Assembly (NCBI GenBank): GCA_963714085.1 | Contig: OY970229.1 | Span: 896,001 to 960,000 of the forward strand | Source of the DNA: an uncultured Candidatus Micrarchaeota archaeon | GTDB lineage: Archaea; Micrarchaeota; Micrarchaeia; Anstonellales; Bilamarchaeaceae | Direction of reading: 5' to 3' | DNA: 64,000 bases | Part shown: in pieces, positions 19,408 to 27,303 of the stretch | Layout: the number at the start of each line of letters is the position of its first letter | How positions within the stretch are numbered: position 1 is the stretch's first letter | Program-made: the position numbers and the translations under genes | Notes under the pieces: generated by a model | Database searches by the model: none | What the model saw: the letters and a program-made list of their open reading frames with translations, nothing else | Told to the model about the DNA's origin: nothing

Positions 19408-20925
19408 TCAGATTGCCGCCGTAATCTCCTTCCCGAGCCCCTCGAACTGCCTCAGCCAGGCGCGCCTGTTCTCCCGCAACTCCGCGGTCATCCGCTTGTA
19501 CTCCTTTTCGCCGTAGTAAACCGAAGGATCGAACACGCCCAGGTCCACGTCTTCTGCCCTGATCGCGACCTCGTACCCCCAGTCCGGGTCTTTCTTCCAG
19601 ACCAAGGTGCCCCGTGCCGCGTCCGCGAGCAGCCGCGCGGAATCGTAGACAGTTATCTTCTTCCCGTGTATGCTCCCGCTCGCGCCGAAGTATCCGGTGT
19701 CCAGCAGGTAGCATTCGATGTGAGGGTTCTGCCTCAGTATCTCGAGGAACCTGTTGCCCTCCTCGTCCTGCGGCCCGATGATGAACGGGTTCGTGCCGAC
19801 GACGTTGAGCGGCTTCCCGGCCTGGGTCGGGTCTCCTGCGGAGGACTCCACGGACTCGCCGAGCATGAAGAACGCCGCGGCCTGCTCCTGCGTCAGCCTC
19901 GCGATCGGAGGCACGATCGTCTTCTTCCTCGTGATGAAGACCATCATGTCCACGCGCTTGAGGTCTATGGAATCGTCTGTGAAGTCCAGCTCCTTTCTTA
20001 TCACGACCCCCCTCCCGTTGGACGTGATGCTGGAATCGAAGAAGTCCACCTTGCCCGTATCATCCACCTTCACGTTCTCCAGTATGGCATTGGACGAGAT
20101 CGCGCCCTTGTATAGAAGAGGCTGGGAGTCCGGCTCCAGCCCGTCGGTCTTTATGTAAAAGTTGTCCTCGGTCCCTATGGCCGAGCTGTCCTTGTTCAGC
20201 ATCACCACGTCGTCCTGCCTTATGATCACACCCTCGCCTTCGGAGGCGTCCAGCCAGTGGTGGTGGCAGGTGAGCGTGGTCTTGCCGGTGGCGCTCAGCC
20301 CGAAGAGTAGCATCCCTTTCTCCACGATGCTGCCGTCCTTGCGCCTGGCCCGGAGCAGCTTGGAGCCGGCGTGCAGGCCGAGTCCGCCCCTCTTCGTCTT
20401 GTGGTGGTACATCATCATGCGCAGGCCGGCCTTCTTTATCTCGCCGCAGTAATCGGAGCCGAGTATGAAGGTCGTGAACGAGACCGGGTCCACGAGTACC
20501 TTCCGCTCCGGCCATTCCGGGACGTCCACGATTACGAAATCGGGCTTCCTGTCCTTGGTTTCCGGCATGAAGAGCATCTGCCCCCACATGTACGCCAATC
20601 GCGCGTATCTCTCTGTCACGTACAATCGTATGAGCGTCCTGTAGCCCTTGTGCATGCACATCACGCGGTCCACCGCGATGAGCTTCCTGCCTTTGAGATA
20701 AGCGGAGACCTTGGCCAGTGCTTCACTCTGTTGCGCATTCGCTTCAAAGACTATCTCTGTGAATTTCGCGCTCCTGGAGCGCACTGCGCTTATGTAGCTC
20801 GCGCTCCCGTACTCGGTCGTGCGCTCGTCCGGCTTCGCTAATTTCCGGAGCTCGTCAGGGCTCGCGTCCCAGAGCGCGTCCTTCTTTGCGATCGAGCCGA
20901 CCGCCTCCAGGAAGGGATTCGCCAT
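19408..20925 (-). CDS. pckA: Phosphoenolpyruvate carboxykinase (ATP-type family)
   Basis: DYCGEIKKAGLR, GLHAGSK, FGLSATGKTTL, QDDVV, SNGRGV. Confidence 0.9.
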   Translation of the reverse strand: MANPFLEAVGSIAKKDALWDASPDELRKLAKPDERTTEYGSASYISAVRSRSAKFTEIVFEANAQQSEALAKVSAYLKGRKLIAVDRVMCMHKGYRTLIRLYVTERYARLAYMWGQMLFMPETKDRKPDFVIVDVPEWPERKVLVDPVSFTTFILGSDYCGEIKKAGLRMMMYHHKTKRGGLGLHAGSKLLRARRKDGSIVEKGMLLFGLSATGKTTLTCHHHWLDASEGEGVIIRQDDVVMLNKDSSAIGTEDNFYIKTDGLEPDSQPLLYKGAISSNAILENVKVDDTGKVDFFDSSITSNGRGVVIRKELDFTDDSIDLKRVDMMVFITRKKTIVPPIARLTQEQAAAFFMLGESVESSAGDPTQAGKPLNVVGTNPFIIGPQDEEGNRFLEILRQNPHIECYLLDTGYFGASGSIHGKKITVYDSARLLADAARGTLVWKKDPDWGYEVAIRAEDVDLGVFDPSVYYGEKEYKRMTAELRENRRAWLRQFEGLGKEITAAI

Positions 20926-20978
20926 GATCCGTTGATTCCAAGTTAATGTTTTAATTATGCGACGCCCAGAATCATCAT

Positions 20979-21611
20979 ATGGAAAAGGAACTGCTCGGAT
21001 CCGTGGAAGCGCTCAAACGCGGGAGAACAGGCTCGCTAGTGCGAAGGCGCATGAAGGAATTCAGGCAGGCCGGGAAGGGATCAGGGAGCCGCCTGTTCAG
21101 CGAGCTCTGCTTCTGCATACTCACGGCCAACTACACTGCCGAGGGCGGCATAAGGATACAGAAGGACATGGGCAACGATTTCTGCACCCTGGATGAAAAG
21201 GAACTCGCGAAAAGGCTCAAATCCCTGGGCCACCGCTTCCCGAACACCAGGGCGAGGTACATCTCCGAGGCCAGGAGGCACAGGGTGGACGTGGAGAGCA
21301 TGTGGAGCACCTGCTCGAGCAGCGAACTCCGCGAGTGGCTGGTCCGGAACGTCAAGGGATTGGGGTACAAGGAGGCGAGCCATTTCCTGCGGAACACAGG
21401 AGCCACGGACCTGGCGATAATCGATTTCCACATAATAGACGTGCTCGCGCGCAACGGGCTAATCAAGAAGCCGAAGTCCAAATCCCTCTCAAGGAAGAGG
21501 TACCTGGAGATCGAGAAGGTCCTCGCCCGTCTCGCGGCTAAAGCCAACGTCAGCCTCGCGGAGCTGGACCTCCACCTCTGGTACCTCGAGACCGGGAAGA
21601 TACTGAAATAA
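20979..21611 (+). CDS. ogg: N-glycosylase/DNA lyase (8-oxoguanine)
   Basis: ELCFCILTAN, HRFPNTRA, HhH VKGLGYKEASHFLRN, AIIDFHI, C-terminal GKILK. Confidence 0.93.
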   Translation: MEKELLGSVEALKRGRTGSLVRRRMKEFRQAGKGSGSRLFSELCFCILTANYTAEGGIRIQKDMGNDFCTLDEKELAKRLKSLGHRFPNTRARYISEARRHRVDVESMWSTCSSSELREWLVRNVKGLGYKEASHFLRNTGATDLAIIDFHIIDVLARNGLIKKPKSKSLSRKRYLEIEKVLARLAAKANVSLAELDLHLWYLETGKILK

Positions 21612-21613
21612 CA

Positions 21614-21647
21614 TATAAGCTTATAAATATATAAGTGCATACTTATA
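21614..21647 (+). promoter_or_regulatory. TATA box overlapped by two TATAAG inverted repeats (likely ArsR operator)
   Basis: TATAAGCTTATA at 21614-21625 and TATAAGT-GCAT-ACTTATA at 21630-21647, just before ATG 21650. Confidence 0.7.
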
Positions 21648-21649
21648 AT

Positions 21650-21898
21650 ATGAATAACGAAGTTTTGCGGGCCGTGGCGGACGTCACCCGCCTGAAGCTC
21701 CTGGAAAAGATATCCGGGGGCGAGGTATGCGCATGCGAGCTCCCCAGCACGGTCAAAACGAGCCAGCCCGCCGTATCACAGCACCTCAAGGTCCTTTTGG
21801 GCGCAGGGCTCGTGTCGGTGAGGAAAGAAGGGGCCAAGCGCCTATATTCCGTTTCGGATACTGGCAGGCGCGTCCTGCGCGACATCCACGGGTGGTAA
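21650..21898 (+). CDS. ArsR/SmtB-family transcriptional regulator
   Basis: ADVTRLKLL, EVCACEL, SQPAVSQHLKVL. Confidence 0.92.
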   Translation: MNNEVLRAVADVTRLKLLEKISGGEVCACELPSTVKTSQPAVSQHLKVLLGAGLVSVRKEGAKRLYSVSDTGRRVLRDIHGW

Positions 21899-21899
21899 T

Positions 21900-22127
21900 A
21901 TGAAAATCGAGATTCTCGGCGGCGGCTGCGCGAACTGCGCGAAGCTCTACGAAAACGCGAGGAAGGCGGTTTCGGAATCCGGCAGGAAAGCAACAATCGT
22001 AAAAATCACTGATTACGCAAAAATCGCTTCACACGGAGTCATGCGCACTCCGGCGCTCGTGATTGACGGCGAGATAAAATCCGAAGGAAGGGTCCCGAGT
22101 GCCGACGAGATACGGAAACTGCTGTGA
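21900..22127 (+). CDS. Small thioredoxin-like redox protein (MTH895 type)
   Basis: MKIEILGGGCANC, GVMRTPALVIDG. Confidence 0.9.
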   Translation: MKIEILGGGCANCAKLYENARKAVSESGRKATIVKITDYAKIASHGVMRTPALVIDGEIKSEGRVPSADEIRKLL

Positions 22128-22133
22128 TGGGCC

Positions 22134-23090
22134 ATGGACATCTTCGAACAATTCGCGTCCTGGCTGATAAACGGCGCCATGGGAATCGCCGCGGGCAGCC
22201 GGCTCAGCGACGTGGCAGTCTATTTCGTTGCGGACATAACCAAGATATTCATACTCCTGGGAGTCATGATTTTCCTTGTTTCCGTCCTCCGCACCTTCAT
22301 CACGCCGCAAAAGGTCAAGAAATGGCTCGGCGGAAGAAAGGAAGGGATCGGCAACGTGCTTGCGGCCCTGCTCGGGGTCCCGACGCCATTCTGCTCGTGC
22401 TCGGCAGTGCCGCTGTTCATCGGCTTCGTGGAAGCTGGTGTCCCACTTGGCGTGACATTCTCGTTCCTGGTATCCGCTCCGCTGGTGAACGAAGTGGCGG
22501 CCGCGCTCCTGCTCGGCCTTTTCGGCTGGAAGATCGCGGCGCTGTACATTGGCACAGGGCTTTTCATAGCGATTTTCGCAGGCATAGCGATTGGAAGGAT
22601 GAACATGGAAGGCGAAGTGGAGGATTTCGTTTACGAAATCCGCTCGAAGCAGCTGAAAGAGAATAAGATGACCTGGAACGGGCGCATCGATTTCGCGAAA
22701 AGCGAGACCGTGGACATAACCAAGCGCGTGGCGCCTTACCTCGTATTGGGGGTCGTGCTGGGGGCATTCATCCATGGATTCGTGCCGGTCGGATTCCTGG
22801 TCGGTATCGCGGGCCCTGGCAACCCTCTGGCAGTGCCCGTCGCAGTGCTCATCGGAGTCCCGCTCTATTCCAATGCCGCCGGAACAATCCCCATAGTGCA
22901 GGCGCTCATGGCCAAGGGCATGGCGCTCGGCACCGCGCTGGCATTCATGATGAGCGTCACGGGGCTATCGCTGCCTGAGATGATAATCCTGAGGAAAGTC
23001 CTCAAGCCGAAACTGCTCGCGCTTTTCGCGCTCATCCTGGCGGTCTCGTTCGTGGTCGTGGGGCTGCTCTTCAACGCAATCATGGCTTAG
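22134..23090 (+). CDS. ArsP/DUF318-family permease
   Basis: TPFCSCSAVPLF, FLVSAPLVNE, GVPLYSNAAG, LSLPEMIIL. Confidence 0.9.
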   Translation: MDIFEQFASWLINGAMGIAAGSRLSDVAVYFVADITKIFILLGVMIFLVSVLRTFITPQKVKKWLGGRKEGIGNVLAALLGVPTPFCSCSAVPLFIGFVEAGVPLGVTFSFLVSAPLVNEVAAALLLGLFGWKIAALYIGTGLFIAIFAGIAIGRMNMEGEVEDFVYEIRSKQLKENKMTWNGRIDFAKSETVDITKRVAPYLVLGVVLGAFIHGFVPVGFLVGIAGPGNPLAVPVAVLIGVPLYSNAAGTIPIVQALMAKGMALGTALAFMMSVTGLSLPEMIILRKVLKPKLLALFALILAVSFVVVGLLFNAIMA

Positions 23091-23092
23091 GT

Positions 23093-23449
23093 CTATTGCA
23101 CGATTACGGTCCCGGTCATGCTCGTATGTATCGCGCAGTGGTACTGGTAAGTCCCAGCCTTGTCGAACACGTGGCTGTAGCTCTGCCCGGGTTCGATCGC
23201 TCCGGAGTCGAAATCCGTACCGGTCACCGTATGCGCGACCGGATCCTGGTTCGTCCACGTCACCGTCGCGCCTTTTGCGACCGTGATGGTGGCGGGCTGG
23301 AACGCGAAGCTGGTTATCATGACGGACGCCGGCGTTGCGCCGGTTGCGTTCGTCATTCCCGTATGGTTCTGCTGCGGCGCAACAGTCTGCGTGCAGCCCG
23401 CGGCCATGAATATCAACGCGAGCAATGCGGCGAAAATCATTTTTTTCAT
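23093..23449 (-). CDS. Cupredoxin (plastocyanin/halocyanin-like) lipoprotein
   Basis: Start corrected to MKKMIF; lipobox AAGC; type-1 Cu ligands HTVT ... CAIHTSM. Confidence 0.9.
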   Translation of the reverse strand: MKKMIFAALLALIFMAAGCTQTVAPQQNHTGMTNATGATPASVMITSFAFQPATITVAKGATVTWTNQDPVAHTVTGTDFDSGAIEPGQSYSHVFDKAGTYQYHCAIHTSMTGTVIVQ

Positions 23450-23466
23450 ATTCTCAATCCCTCTGT

Positions 23467-23715
23467 TCAGAACGGTATCCCGAAAGTCATAATCGCGACC
23501 GCGGCATGTATGATGACCGAGAGGAAGAAAAGCCTCCAGTACCAGCAGTGGTGGTCGAACACCCACCTGTACCATGGCTTTTTCAGCATCTCGTTCACGA
23601 ACTTCAGGCCCACCAGGCACCTGCAGGTGAAGAACACCGCGAGCATGCAGATCACATTCGTGATGCCGAGCAGCACCACCAGCTTTATCCCCAGGACCGG
23701 ATCTATGAGCGGCAT
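23467..23715 (-). CDS. Small 2-TM membrane protein
   Basis: LLGITN..FFTCRC ... HHCWYW..IIHA; lies inside the redox operon. Confidence 0.75.
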   Translation of the reverse strand: MPLIDPVLGIKLVVLLGITNVICMLAVFFTCRCLVGLKFVNEMLKKPWYRWVFDHHCWYWRLFFLSVIIHAAVAIMTFGIPF

Positions 23716-23719
23716 CCCA

Positions 23720-24013
23720 TCACTCCTTCGCCCGCACGAAAAGCGAGCACCAGCATTCCCCCTTCTCCCGCCAGGTCTTCTGGACCTTGAAGTTGCACGG
23801 GCAGACGAGCTTCAAATCCTCTTCCCTGTTCTTGGTGGTCATCCTGCACGGGCAGTACTTGAGGCCGTGGTTCTTTTCGTTGTTCAGGACTCCCCTCGCG
23901 AGCATCTCGACCCGTCCCCTGTCCGGGTTTAGCATGAACCTGTCGTCCTGGGACTGGCGCGCCACGAAATCCTCCCAGATGGCGATGAGCCCCTTCACTT
24001 CCCGGTCGCCCAT
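23720..24013 (-). CDS. Ferredoxin:thioredoxin reductase catalytic subunit
   Basis: YCPCR ... CPC ... ECWCSLF cysteine pattern. Confidence 0.9.
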   Translation of the reverse strand: MGDREVKGLIAIWEDFVARQSQDDRFMLNPDRGRVEMLARGVLNNEKNHGLKYCPCRMTTKNREEDLKLVCPCNFKVQKTWREKGECWCSLFVRAKE

Positions 24014-24273
24014 GCCTTCAGCTCCTCGTATGGCACTTCCCCGCAAAGCGCCTTCTTGCCCTTCTCGTCTATGAAAGCCGGAGTTCCTAGAATACCGCCG
24101 CTAGCCTCCATTATGATCTTCCCGTATTTGCGCATCCTGTCAGCGTTCCTCTCGTTGTGCCATACCTCCAGCTTCTCGATCTTGACCCCCTCCTCCTTCT
24201 CAAGGCGCTCGACAAGCGGCATCATGGCGTTGCAGTGCGGGCATTCCGCCCCGTAGAACATGGTTATCTTCAT
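23995..24273 (-). CDS. Thioredoxin-like protein
   Basis: FYGAECPHC, LEVWHN, cis-Pro GTPAF. Start corrected to 24273. Confidence 0.88.
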   Translation of the reverse strand: MKITMFYGAECPHCNAMMPLVERLEKEEGVKIEKLEVWHNERNADRMRKYGKIIMEASGGILGTPAFIDEKGKKALCGEVPYEELKAWATGK

Positions 24274-24527
24274 AGTCCGATCACTGTCTTGAACTCCTGC
24301 AGGCTTATCTCGACATAGGAGTCCGGTGTCATGCAGGTCGGGCACGTCTCCGGCGGCTCTGAATTGAGGTGCAGATCGTTGCACACGTTGCAGCGCCAGA
24401 GCTTTCTCTCCCCCATCTTGGCGAGCGCCTTCTCCACGTCCGCCTTTCCGCACGGCGCGAAGCCGTCCGGCGCGTTGATGCCGAAGTGGATATTACCTGC
24501 CTTGTCCTTGAAGAGTTTCTTGTCCAT
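24270..24527 (-). CDS. Rubredoxin-like metal-binding protein
   Basis: WRCNVCNDLH...PPETCPTC. Confidence 0.82.
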   Translation of the reverse strand: MDKKLFKDKAGNIHFGINAPDGFAPCGKADVEKALAKMGERKLWRCNVCNDLHLNSEPPETCPTCMTPDSYVEISLQEFKTVIGL

Positions 24528-24530
24528 GGG

Positions 24531-25052
24531 TCACGCCTTCTTCATGTGCTTGGCGAGGTCGTCCAGGAACACCTTCGCCCTATCCCGCCATGCCGGATCG
24601 ACCGGTTCTCCCTTCTGGTCGAAGATGCCGCTCACTCCGCTGAAATAGAGCGCCTCCCTTATATTGGCCATACGCAGCTCCACGGATACGAGCCGCAGCT
24701 GCTCCACTACCCTGGCGCCTCCCAGCGGACCGCCGGAGACTCCGCATATGCCAAGCGGCTTGCCCCAGTACTGCTGGTACAGGAGGTCGAGCATCATCTT
24801 CAGCTCGCCGGGATAGCCGTGGTTGTACTCCGGTGACACGATTATGATGCCATCAGCCTTCGTTATCTTGGGCGCGAGTTTTTTCGCCATCAATCCGGCC
24901 TGGGTGTTGTCAGTCGCCGGAACCCGATAATCCCGCACGTCTAAAATCTCGCTCTCTAATCCGTAACTCCTCGCTTCCCCAAGCATGAACCTGGCGACTT
25001 TCTCGGATTCCCTGCCTTCCCGGGCGGTGCCTAGCATTATTGGTACGTACAT
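24531..25052 (-). CDS. NADPH-dependent FMN reductase
   Basis: LGTAREGRES, SPEYNHGYPGELK, SGGPLGGAR. Confidence 0.92.
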   Translation of the reverse strand: MYVPIMLGTAREGRESEKVARFMLGEARSYGLESEILDVRDYRVPATDNTQAGLMAKKLAPKITKADGIIIVSPEYNHGYPGELKMMLDLLYQQYWGKPLGICGVSGGPLGGARVVEQLRLVSVELRMANIREALYFSGVSGIFDQKGEPVDPAWRDRAKVFLDDLAKHMKKA

Positions 25053-25062
25053 CGCAGCGCAC

Positions 25063-25662
25063 CTACTTGCATTCCTCGCACTCGCAGCCGGCGCACATCG
25101 CGTATCTCTGCCCGATGCTGTCCCAGTCGATGGCCTTGAAGAACGCGTCTATGTAATCCGCCTTCTTCAGGCCGTAGTCTACCATATACGCGTGCTCGAA
25201 CACATCCATGACCAGCAGCGGCTCGGCGCCGGCAAGGTGGCCCACATCGTGCTCGTTCACCCATATGTTGAACGTCTTTTTCGCATGCAGGTCGTAGACG
25301 AGCAGCACCCATCCTATGCCGCGCATCGCGCCTGTCGCCCTGAAGTCCTTCTCCCAATTCTCCAGCGAGCCGAAATCCTCAGCGATCTTCTTGGCGAGTT
25401 TGGAGTTCTTGTCTAGCGCCTTCCCCCCTTTCACCATGCTCCAGAAATAGAGCTCGTGCAGCCTCATGCCGTTGAACTCCCACCCGAAGCGCCGCTTAAG
25501 CTCGGAATATTCCGGAGTCCCAGGCGGCGTTTTCTCCAGGTCGATGAGCTTGTTCACGTTGGCCACGTACCCCTGGTATAGCGTGAAATGGTTCTTCAGC
25601 AGCGTGTCGCTGAATCCGGCTGTTCCGAGCAACCCCTCGAAATTCTTCGCTTCATAAGCCAT
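25063..25662 (-). CDS. sod: Fe/Mn superoxide dismutase family protein with Cys-rich tail
   Basis: NHFTLYQGYV, LHELYFW, MDVFEHAY. Start corrected to MAYEAK (SD AGGTGG). Confidence 0.9.
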   Translation of the reverse strand: MAYEAKNFEGLLGTAGFSDTLLKNHFTLYQGYVANVNKLIDLEKTPPGTPEYSELKRRFGWEFNGMRLHELYFWSMVKGGKALDKNSKLAKKIAEDFGSLENWEKDFRATGAMRGIGWVLLVYDLHAKKTFNIWVNEHDVGHLAGAEPLLVMDVFEHAYMVDYGLKKADYIDAFFKAIDWDSIGQRYAMCAGCECEECK

Positions 25663-25674
25663 GATACCACCTAG

Positions 25675-25700
25675 GCAATCATGACTTGCAATCATTAAAA
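25675..25700 (-). promoter_or_regulatory. TATA-like element with tandem ATGATTGC repeats upstream of the redox operon
   Basis: GCAATCAT at 25675-25682 and 25688-25695 (+ strand), adjoining TTTTAAT on the minus strand. Confidence 0.5.
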
Positions 25701-25722
25701 ATGCGCTGCCCCAGTGGAAAAA

Positions 25723-26721
25723 TCAGGCATGGTCCTGGAACTGCTGTGTGAACTTTCGCAGTGCCTCCAGCTTGGCCATCGCAGCACCGGAATCGATGGA
25801 TTTGCATGCAAGCCTAAGTCCCTTGCCGACGCTCTCCACCATACCGGCCACATAGATGGCGGCAGCGGCATTGAGCACGGATATATCCCTGGCGGCGCCC
25901 TTCTCTCCATTGAGCACGCCCATGGTTATGCGGGAGCTCTCCTGCTTCGAGCCCGCCTTCGGGATTTCCCTCCGGGAGATGCCGAAATCCGAGGCACGCA
26001 TGTCCCGCGTCCACATCTTACCGTCCCGGACCTCGCTGATCCTCGTGCGTCCCAGCCCAATCTCATCCATGCCATCGGAATGCACGACCAATGCCCTTTT
26101 CGTACCAAGGTCCAGCAGTACCCGGGCAATAATTTCGGTCAGCTCGGAGTCGAAAACGCCGAGTACCTGGGCGCTCGCTCCGGCTGGGTTGGCGAGCGGG
26201 CCGAGGATGTTGAAGACCGTGCGGGCGTTAAGCTCCTTCCTGACACCAGCCACGTTCTTCATGGCGGGATGGAAATAAGGTGCGAACATGAATCCTATGC
26301 CAATATCATTGATGCATCCGGCCACTTCTTCAGGCTGCAGCATCTTGACGCCCAGCTCCTCGAGCACGTCGGCCGAACCGCAGCTGCTGGACACCGCCCT
26401 GTTGCCGTGCTTGGCGATCGCCACGCCGGCCCCTGCCGCTATCAGCGCCGCGGTGGTGGAGATGTTGAACGTGCCGGACGAATCTCCTCCGGTTCCGCAT
26501 GTGTCAACGAGCGGCTCTCTCAAGGGTCGGATGGTCCTGGCATGGCTTCTCATTGCTTCGGCCAAGGCAGTGATCTCATCTTTGGTCGGTCCTTTCGTCT
26601 GCAGCGCGACAAGGAAGATTGCTTTCTTCAGGGGCTCTGAATCCGGGCTCATGAGCATGTCCATGGCGGCCCTGGCCTCATCCCGAGTGAGGTTCTTCCT
26701 CTGCATGAGTTTGCGATGCAT
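25723..26721 (-). CDS. trpD: Anthranilate phosphoribosyltransferase
   Basis: DTCGTGGD, FNISTT, KHGNRAVSS, GSADVLE, RTVFNILGPLANP. Confidence 0.97.
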   Translation of the reverse strand: MHRKLMQRKNLTRDEARAAMDMLMSPDSEPLKKAIFLVALQTKGPTKDEITALAEAMRSHARTIRPLREPLVDTCGTGGDSSGTFNISTTAALIAAGAGVAIAKHGNRAVSSSCGSADVLEELGVKMLQPEEVAGCINDIGIGFMFAPYFHPAMKNVAGVRKELNARTVFNILGPLANPAGASAQVLGVFDSELTEIIARVLLDLGTKRALVVHSDGMDEIGLGRTRISEVRDGKMWTRDMRASDFGISRREIPKAGSKQESSRITMGVLNGEKGAARDISVLNAAAAIYVAGMVESVGKGLRLACKSIDSGAAMAKLEALRKFTQQFQDHA

Positions 26722-26783
26722 ATTTCATCCCTGCCATACACATACATTGAAGTCCTTATAAATCCACGGTGCGTTCCTATCCC

Positions 26784-27263
26784 ATGGCAAAACCAGGCAT
26801 TTGGGTGCTTATCGGTTTCATCGTGCTTTCTCTTCTCGCTGGCGCCATCGGCTCGCTCTTCACGTTCCAATCCATACCTGGCTGGTACGCCTCGCTCCAG
26901 AAGCCCTGGTTCAATCCGCCAAATTGGGTGTTCGGTCCGGTGTGGACACTTCTTTATATCCTCATGGGCTCGGCCGCATACCTGGTCTATGAAAAAGGGC
27001 TGAAAAACAAGGAAGTTCGCTCCGCGCTCGAGGTCTTCGGTATACAGCTCGCGTTCAATGCTGCATGGTCCATAGCGTTCTTCGGGCTGCGCTCTATCTC
27101 AGGCGGCCTGGTCATCATAGCCCTGCTCTGGCTCTCCATAGTTTGGACGATGATTCTTTTCTGGAAACTCTCCCGCAACGCTGCCTGGTTGTTATCGCCC
27201 TACATCCTTTGGACTAGCTTCGCAGCTCTGCTCAACCTCTCGCTCCTTTTCCTGAACCGCTGA
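26784..27263 (+). CDS. tspO: TspO/MBR-family membrane protein
   Basis: WYASLQKPWFNPPNWVFGPVWTLLY; LLSPYILWTSFA. Confidence 0.93.
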   Translation: MAKPGIWVLIGFIVLSLLAGAIGSLFTFQSIPGWYASLQKPWFNPPNWVFGPVWTLLYILMGSAAYLVYEKGLKNKEVRSALEVFGIQLAFNAAWSIAFFGLRSISGGLVIIALLWLSIVWTMILFWKLSRNAAWLLSPYILWTSFAALLNLSLLFLNR

Positions 27264-27265
27264 AT

Positions 27266-27298
27266 AAAAAAAAAGCCGGCCCCTTTCAGGGCCGGCTT
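27266..27298 (-). terminator. Hairpin + U9 terminator after the leuA-like gene
   Basis: Minus strand AAGCCGGCCC-TGAAAG-GGGCCGGCTT running into T9, 5 nt after the stop codon. Confidence 0.8.
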
Positions 27299-27303
27299 GG
27301 CAT

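Noticed and set aside
26784..27263. Functional link between tspO ('tryptophan-rich sensory protein') and trpD
   Set aside because: The name reflects composition, not pathway; adjacency is the only link.
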